Part shown: positions 58,313 through 64,000 of the stretch, one piece after another
How positions within the stretch are numbered: the first letter of the stretch is position 1
Layout: each line of letters begins with the position of its first letter
Origin: a phage
Assembly: GCA_024875585.1 (NCBI GenBank)
Contig: GCA_024875585.1_4107.1
Strand: one strand, 5' to 3'
DNA: 64,000 nucleotides
Program-made: the position numbers and the translations under genes
Notes under the pieces: model-generated
Seen by the model: the letters and a program-made list of their open reading frames with translations, nothing else
What the model was told of the DNA's origin: nothing
Databases searched by the model: none

Positions 58313-58927
58313 ATGACTACATCTGAAAAGTACTGGTGGATTTTGGGCCATCCTAAATTCATCAACGGAGATATGGTTCCCCCAAGGATTGATATCGAAC
58401 CACATGATGTGTGTCCAATCACAAACCGCATTGAATCATTTAAAGCTCTGAATACAAAGACACAATTTTGGGTAGAATTCATCTCACCTATGTACGTTGA
58501 GCAAGATGATGAATGGGTACAAGCACATGATTATGAGTTAGATTGCGGTGGTGATACTTATGATGAGGCAATTGACGCACTATACAAAAATGTGCTAAAC
58601 ACTTATGGTGATTACACCCAACAAGAAGCAGACGATACGTTTAATAAGATCCATGCAGCCATTTCTACATCATCAATTTACAATCCAGCAAAAACAGTTT
58701 GGGAAGAACGTCACGGGTGGAGTTCATCTGTAATTGATGCAGAAGCCAAAGAAACAATTCTCGAAGACATAAAAAATATAAAAAGTACAATAGAAGCCTT
58801 GCGTGAATTTATAAAGTCTTGTACAATAGAACAACAGAAAGAGGCAAAGATGCATTTGGAAAGTGAAGAATGTAAACTTTGGGTTCTAGAGAAATCTATT
58901 GAAAAGGGTATAGACTTAGACTTATGA
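58313..58927 (+). CDS. hypothetical protein
   Basis: 204-aa ORF. Confidence 0.55.
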   Translation: MTTSEKYWWILGHPKFINGDMVPPRIDIEPHDVCPITNRIESFKALNTKTQFWVEFISPMYVEQDDEWVQAHDYELDCGGDTYDEAIDALYKNVLNTYGDYTQQEADDTFNKIHAAISTSSIYNPAKTVWEERHGWSSSVIDAEAKETILEDIKNIKSTIEALREFIKSCTIEQQKEAKMHLESEECKLWVLEKSIEKGIDLDL

Positions 58928-59292
58928 ATAGTAAATTGGAGAAATTAATCGAAGAATTACGCCAGATGCCACCGATTGAACAAGTAGGTAATTATAAACG
59001 GTATCGTATTATTGCTCGTGCACTTGATAAAAAAGGTCGAGTACTGGCAACTCGCACCAATTCTTATACACAGACTCACCCTAAGCAGAAAAACTTTGCA
59101 GTTAAAGCTGGAAGAAATGATGCAATATGGTTACATGCTGAAATAAGCTGTTTACTCGCAGCAAGGGCTGATGTTCACACATTATTAATTGCACGGGTTA
59201 GTAAAGATGGAATTCCCGTTTCTGCAAAACCATGTGAAATTTGCTCTTTAGCAATACAAGAATACGGAGTAGTTGAAGTAATACATACATAG
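58924..59292 (+). CDS. CDA-fold zinc deaminase (short)
   Basis: HAE (HAEISCL) and PCxxC (PCEICSL) zinc-binding motifs; 122 aa. Confidence 0.55.
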   Translation: MNSKLEKLIEELRQMPPIEQVGNYKRYRIIARALDKKGRVLATRTNSYTQTHPKQKNFAVKAGRNDAIWLHAEISCLLAARADVHTLLIARVSKDGIPVSAKPCEICSLAIQEYGVVEVIHT

Positions 59293-59305
59293 GTAGAATA
59301 TTTTC

Positions 59306-59596
59306 ATGGAAGAAATAAAAAAAGAATTAAATCAATTTAATGAATACGTATATAATTTGTATTTTAATAAAAATATTATTTTTACTTGGATGAAACCTGA
59401 AGATATAAAGTATATAAAAACATCATCATCAAGTAAATCTCCATTTTACTTTGAAAAATTAATACTCAATAAATCATTTTCAAATTATCATTTTGAATTT
59501 CTTGGTTTTAATATAAAAAAATCAGATGATTGGATAGGAAAGCTTACAAATATAGTAATTAAGTTGAATGATATAATATATATATACGTAACATAA
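59306..59596 (+). CDS. hypothetical protein (very AT-rich)
   Basis: 96-aa ORF. Confidence 0.45.
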   Translation: MEEIKKELNQFNEYVYNLYFNKNIIFTWMKPEDIKYIKTSSSSKSPFYFEKLILNKSFSNYHFEFLGFNIKKSDDWIGKLTNIVIKLNDIIYIYVT

Positions 59597-59610
59597 AATC
59601 TTTTTTGGAG

Positions 59611-60384
59611 ATGCCTGTGACTCTCAAGCGTGTCCCATATGTGATTCATAATTCTAATAATATTAGTTACTATTTAAACAAATACAATAAAAATTTAAAA
59701 TATATAAATTGTATGTATGATAAAATCAATGAAAAAACTTATTTAGATTTACAATGTAAAATATGTGGTTATGAATATAAATCATGTTTAAACAATATTA
59801 AACATAGAAATACAGATTGTCCTGGTTGTATGAATAATGTTGTATTATCTGAAGATGATATGTTATATAGAATAACATTGAAATTATATACACAGCCACA
59901 TATAAAATTATTAAATTTCAACTATAATAACGGTGGTAATAAGAATGCAATAGGTACATATTATTGTGAAATACACAATTATACATGGGATTCTATGTAT
60001 TTTGGGACAATTGCAAAAGATCAAAGTTGTAAACTTTGTATGCAAGGTCAATCTAAAGGTGAAAAATATATCACTGAAATATTGGATAATTTAAAGGTAA
60101 ATTATATAAGAGAATATAAATTTGATAAATGTTTTAATCAAAGAAAATTACCTTTTGATTTTTATATTCCAGATTTCAATTTATGTATAGAATATGATGG
60201 AAGACAACATTTTGAATCTGTGGATTTTTATGGTGGAAACGATGCTTTTTTTATAAGAAAAAAGAATGATGAAATAAAAAATTCATTCTGTGAAAATAAT
60301 AATATTACATTATTAAGATTTAATGATCTCAATTTTTCTCGTATTGAATCAACATTGAATAGAATACTAAAAAGTGTTAAATAA
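59611..60384 (+). CDS. putative freestanding endonuclease (zinc-finger N-terminus, Vsr/DUF559-like C-terminal domain)
   Basis: several CxxC pairs; C-terminal FDFYIP..CIEYDGRQHF...RFN pattern; very AT-rich. Confidence 0.45.
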   Translation: MPVTLKRVPYVIHNSNNISYYLNKYNKNLKYINCMYDKINEKTYLDLQCKICGYEYKSCLNNIKHRNTDCPGCMNNVVLSEDDMLYRITLKLYTQPHIKLLNFNYNNGGNKNAIGTYYCEIHNYTWDSMYFGTIAKDQSCKLCMQGQSKGEKYITEILDNLKVNYIREYKFDKCFNQRKLPFDFYIPDFNLCIEYDGRQHFESVDFYGGNDAFFIRKKNDEIKNSFCENNNITLLRFNDLNFSRIESTLNRILKSVK

Positions 60385-60606
60385 ATGAAAATTGAACGCT
60401 ACCAAAACCATACAGTTGTGGCTGAAGATGATATATTTTATTATTATATTTTCAGACCCACACACTGTTTACAAATAACGACATTTGAGAATGATAATTT
60501 CAAAGATGTCAACTTCCATATAACAGATTTAGCTAAATATTCCAGTACTGAACACTTTAGTAATCTAGTATTTGTGTACTGTATTCCAAACTCAAATAAT
60601 AAGTAG
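60385..60606 (+). CDS. hypothetical small protein
   Basis: 73-aa ORF. Confidence 0.45.
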   Translation: MKIERYQNHTVVAEDDIFYYYIFRPTHCLQITTFENDNFKDVNFHITDLAKYSSTEHFSNLVFVYCIPNSNNK

Positions 60607-60616
60607 GAGATTAAAA

Positions 60617-60976
60617 ATGGCTAAAACAATTTCTTTAAAAAATGAAAAGGTAGGACAACGAAAAGATGGCTTCTATGGTTTTTCTTGGACCACATTATTT
60701 TTTGGACCTTTCCCTGCATTGTTCCGTGGTGACTTTATTACGTTTATCGGTGCATTTGTAATTTACTTCATCCTAAACGCAGTGTCTTTTTGGATTGTAG
60801 GTTCTATTGCCATGATCGTATGGGCATTTCTTTATAATAAGTACTACACAGTGAATCTCATCAAGAATGGGTATAAATTCAATGGTACACATGAAGAAAA
60901 TGCTGAAGCTGCAATGGCTTTGCAAATTGATTTGAATAAAAACAACACAGTTGATAAAAATAAAGATCCTGAGTAA
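60617..60976 (+). CDS. membrane protein (2 TM)
   Basis: ORF; ATG 60617 after AGGAG; hydrophobic helices. Confidence 0.55.
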   Translation: MAKTISLKNEKVGQRKDGFYGFSWTTLFFGPFPALFRGDFITFIGAFVIYFILNAVSFWIVGSIAMIVWAFLYNKYYTVNLIKNGYKFNGTHEENAEAAMALQIDLNKNNTVDKNKDPE

Positions 60977-61195
60977 ATGGAAAAATACGATATAATTTAC
61001 GATTATTATGGTAAGGCTTATATGAAGTGTGGGCGTTATGTTGAACTATCTAATAGAGATTCAATAGATCCTCACACTATTATAACAATTCACAACTCTT
61101 ACTATAAAAAAGTTACAATAGCTAATTTTGCAACATACGTAAATAATCCTTTATTTCCTTACATTATTCAGTACTACTGTCGAGTTATAAAATAA
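60977..61195 (+). CDS. hypothetical small protein
   Basis: 72-aa ORF. Confidence 0.45.
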   Translation: MEKYDIIYDYYGKAYMKCGRYVELSNRDSIDPHTIITIHNSYYKKVTIANFATYVNNPLFPYIIQYYCRVIK

Positions 61196-61206
61196 GGTAA
61201 AAAGAC

Positions 61207-61617
61207 ATGTTAGCCGATGATTTTATGTCTCTAAGTACCAAAATATTTGATATATTAGGAGATGAAATCGATTTTCATCTAAATGATGCAACTATACCGT
61301 TAGAAGATGGTGGTTATTTTTTCGCAATTGGTTATAAGTACAATGTTGATTTTTCAATTCCGATTCCTGATGGAAGTGATTACACATCATCAACATATTT
61401 TGAATTTCAGTTCAGAGGACACAAAGAGCGTTTACTAACATATAGACGTAAAGGTAATTTCAGTAGACCAGAGATTATATTAATGGATATTGAAAAACGC
61501 ATAGAAATTGCAAAGAATAATCCATTCTTCAGTTCTTATGCATTAAACCAACTTATTGAACTATTTGATGGCTATCCAGACAGAATACGAGGGTCGTTAC
61601 GTATAAATGCAGAATGA
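61207..61617 (+). CDS. hypothetical protein
   Basis: 136-aa ORF. Confidence 0.55.
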   Translation: MLADDFMSLSTKIFDILGDEIDFHLNDATIPLEDGGYFFAIGYKYNVDFSIPIPDGSDYTSSTYFEFQFRGHKERLLTYRRKGNFSRPEIILMDIEKRIEIAKNNPFFSSYALNQLIELFDGYPDRIRGSLRINAE

Positions 61618-61792
61618 AATCTTTAAAAAAGAATACGATGGTGAAAGCCTTTATGATATTCAGAGAGATGTTCATGAAGCCTTTGATTCAAAATTTAACC
61701 CATTAGCTGAACAAATCCCACAAGATGAATTTGGTTTTCAGGAAGGCACTTTCACAGTGACTATTACATGGAGTCCAGATGAGACTAGCTAA
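61607..61792 (+). CDS. hypothetical small protein
   Basis: 61-aa ORF. Confidence 0.45.
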   Translation: MQNEIFKKEYDGESLYDIQRDVHEAFDSKFNPLAEQIPQDEFGFQEGTFTVTITWSPDETS

Positions 61793-61894
61793 ACTTGTCA
61801 TAGGGTGTAGTGCAATTGCTGCATATATGATTTTTTCACCTCCAACCAATGTATTACTGCTAATTTGGGCGGTTGTTATATTAGCAGTACTTTA

Positions 61895-61918
61895 AAAGCA
61901 CCTTAGTGGTGCTTTTTA
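61895..61918 (+). terminator. rho-independent terminator
   Basis: hairpin agcacc-ttagt-ggtgct then TTTT. Confidence 0.65.
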
Positions 61919-61952
61919 TATTTGTGCAAATAAAAACCAATGTGACTTTTCC

Positions 61953-61966
61953 TTGATATATATCAA
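61953..61966. promoter_or_regulatory. FNR-type binding site TTGAT-N4-ATCAA
   Basis: perfect TTGATATATATCAA palindrome centred about 41.5 bp upstream of the predicted nrdD transcription start. Confidence 0.6.
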
Positions 61967-61988
61967 GAGAAATAGCCTGTTCTGACGC

Positions 61989-61994
61989 TATAAT
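61989..61994 (+). promoter_or_regulatory. -10 hexamer TATAAT of the nrdD promoter
   Basis: TATAAT with no good -35, as expected for a class II activator-dependent promoter. Confidence 0.5.
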
Positions 61995-62058
61995 ATTGTC
62001 TGGTGATATTAAATATCTTCACCCCCAGATGATTTCAAAATACAAGGAATGTACAATG

Positions 62059-63861
62059 CAGCTAGATAAATTATATAATGACGTAACGAATTTCCTAAAT
62101 CAGAGTAATACAGATCTCACAAATGAAAATGCGAACAAAGATGCGAAGTGCGTCAATACACACAGGGATTTACTTGCAGGTATCCTATCTAAACATTATT
62201 CACAAGATGTTATCCCAAATGAACTAATGCAGTGGCATAATGATGGTTATGGACATATTCATGATTTAGACTACTACATCAGCCCATTAACCAACTGTTG
62301 CTTAGTCAACTACCCAGATATGCTAAAAAATGGATTTACTATTGGCTGTGCTAAAATTGAAGAACCAAAAAGTTTTAGTGTTGCATGTACAGTACTAACA
62401 CAGATTGTACAAGCTGTAGCTAGTTCACAATACGGAGGACAATCGTTGGCTCACATTGATGTCGGGTTGGAACCTTACGTTAAAAAGTCATGGGATAAAC
62501 TATTAGAAAAACAAAAGAAATATAATCTAAGTGATGAGTACATTGAAGAAGAATTACGAAAAGAAGTATACGATGGATGTCAAACATTACTTTATCAAAC
62601 TAATTCAATGATTAGTACTAATGGTCAAGCTGCATTTATTTCTCTTAGTTTAGGTTTGAATACTTCCAAATTTGGTAAATTAATCACCGAACAGTACTTA
62701 AAAGTTCATGAGAATGGTTTAGGTAAAGATAAGATTACTCCAGTGTTTCCTAAAGTGATTTTCTTTTTACAAGATGGTATAAACATGAATACCAATGATT
62801 GTAATTATGACCTTAAACAGTTAGCTATGCGTTGTGCATCAAAGCGAATCTACCCAGACTTTGTTTCAGTTCCATTAAATCACAAAGTGACGGGAAGTAG
62901 TAGTACTGCTGTAACACCGATGGGCTGTCGTTCATTCTTAGGAAAATGGGAAGATTCAAATGGAAATGAACAATATAACGGTCGCTTCAATTTAGGTGTA
63001 GTTTCTATCAATTTACCACTAATTGCTCTTGAAAGTGCTACAGATGGAGAGTTTTTTGATAAGATAGATGAGCATATGAATATTGCATATCGTGCTCAGA
63101 TGAACCGCGTCGAGCGTTTAAAAGGTACAAAAGCGAAACAGAATCCAATTTTGTTTATGGAAGGTGCATTAGCACGTTTAGATGCAGAAGAGACTATTGA
63201 CAAGCTATTTTACAATGGTTATGCTAGTATTAGTATTGGTTATGTTGGACTTGTTGAATGTTCGGAAATCCTCACTGGTTCTATCAGTAAGGAGTTTTGT
63301 ATGTCAGTACTGAATTATATGAAAGTAAAATGCGATGAGTTTAAAAAAGAAAGTAATATTGCTTTTAGTTTATATGGAACTCCAGCAGAGTCACTTTGTT
63401 ATAAATTTGCACGTTGCATTGAAGCAAAGTATCCGTCTGTTCTAAAACGTAATTATATTACAAATTCATTCCATCAACCAGTATGGGTTGAAAGTTCTGC
63501 TTTTGAAAAGTGGGATTATGAGGAAAACTTTGCTTATCTAAGCAATGGTGGTAATATTAGCTATGTCGAAACACCAAACTTAACAAACAACATTCAAGCA
63601 CTTGAAACATTAATCAATTATGCCTATAAAAAAATTCCATATTTTGGAATAAACCAGCCTATAGATCATTGTCATAAATGTAATTTTGAAGGTGAATTCA
63701 GCGTCGATAAAAACGGTTTCCACTGTCCAGTTTGTAATAATAGAGATGAAAAATCTATGTCAGTTATTCGAAGAGTTAGCGGATATCTTAGTGCACCAAA
63801 TAGTCGCCCATTCAATAAAGGAAAGCAAGATGAAGTGATTCAGAGAATTCGCCATTTATAA
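62059..63861 (+). CDS. nrdD: anaerobic ribonucleoside-triphosphate reductase (class III RNR)
   Basis: C-terminal glycyl-radical motif RRVSGYLS and Cys-rich CHKCNFEGEF...CPVCN zinc site; N-terminal NENANKD region; start set at ATG 62059 with AAGGAA RBS (track start 61996 rejected). Confidence 0.9.
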   Translation, partial: QLDKLYNDVTNFLNQSNTDLTNENANKDAKCVNTHRDLLAGILSKHYSQDVIPNELMQWHNDGYGHIHDLDYYISPLTNCCLVNYPDMLKNGFTIGCAKIEEPKSFSVACTVLTQIVQAVASSQYGGQSLAHIDVGLEPYVKKSWDKLLEKQKKYNLSDEYIEEELRKEVYDGCQTLLYQTNSMISTNGQAAFISLSLGLNTSKFGKLITEQYLKVHENGLGKDKITPVFPKVIFFLQDGINMNTNDCNYDLKQLAMRCASKRIYPDFVSVPLNHKVTGSSSTAVTPMGCRSFLGKWEDSNGNEQYNGRFNLGVVSINLPLIALESATDGEFFDKIDEHMNIAYRAQMNRVERLKGTKAKQNPILFMEGALARLDAEETIDKLFYNGYASISIGYVGLVECSEILTGSISKEFCMSVLNYMKVKCDEFKKESNIAFSLYGTPAESLCYKFARCIEAKYPSVLKRNYITNSFHQPVWVESSAFEKWDYEENFAYLSNGGNISYVETPNLTNNIQALETLINYAYKKIPYFGINQPIDHCHKCNFEGEFSVDKNGFHCPVCNNRDEKSMSVIRRVSGYLSAPNSRPFNKGKQDEVIQRIRHL

Positions 63862-64000
63862 TATAGTATAACATGATTACCTCGATTTAACATAAATATT
63901 TAAAATTAAATCGAGTAAACTAATTATGAAATGAAAAATGAACAAAGAATCTAATTTTTTGTTCATTTGTTTATGAAATATCGTTTGATGATAGAATATT

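Noticed and set aside
61838-61906. 22-codon hydrophobic mini-ORF (MIFSPPTNVLLLIWAVVILAVL)
   Set aside because: No RBS; overlaps a hairpin and terminator region; too short to support without expression data
61996-62058. nrdD start at 61996 as given in the ORF track
   Set aside because: That start would place the -10 hexamer inside the coding region; the ATG at 62059 has an AAGGAA RBS and leaves a sensible 5'UTR
62059-63861. Group I intron within nrdD, as in some T4-type genomes
   Set aside because: The ORF is continuous from the N-terminal conserved region to the glycyl-radical motif with no interruption
1-64000. CRISPR array or other long non-coding direct-repeat array
   Set aside because: No regularly spaced direct repeats; the only tandem repeats are the in-frame Ig-like coding repeats at 46150-48400

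Overview
AT-rich, densely packed phage DNA, almost entirely plus-strand, with frequent ATGA stop/start overlaps and T4-like content (family assignment is from remembered motifs, not a search). Recognisable genes: RNA ligase 1 (30421-31563), polynucleotide kinase/phosphatase (32660-33592), ATP-dependent DNA ligase (39910-41328), ClpP-like protease (43006-43701), dCMP deaminase (45074-45553), PIN-PhoH (52860-54299), anaerobic ribonucleotide reductase NrdD (62059-63861), a Dam-family methyltransferase, an NMNAT-like nucleotidyltransferase, a Sir2-Nudix pair, an HslV-like hydrolase, two metallophosphatases and one minus-strand Ig-like repeat protein behind a TATAAATA late-type promoter. The first ~21 kb is a tandem array of 30 or more paralogous small acidic proteins sharing an E-E-x-Y-F-Q-x-S motif; two further small-protein families lie at 24.9-38 kb. 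The strongest unexplained signal is the 8-bp palindrome CAGTACTG, found about 41 times by eye in all three reading frames of unrelated genes. A consensus FNR box sits at -41.5 of the nrdD promoter. No tRNA, rRNA or CRISPR array was found. All coordinates and counts were derived by eye and need computational confirmation.
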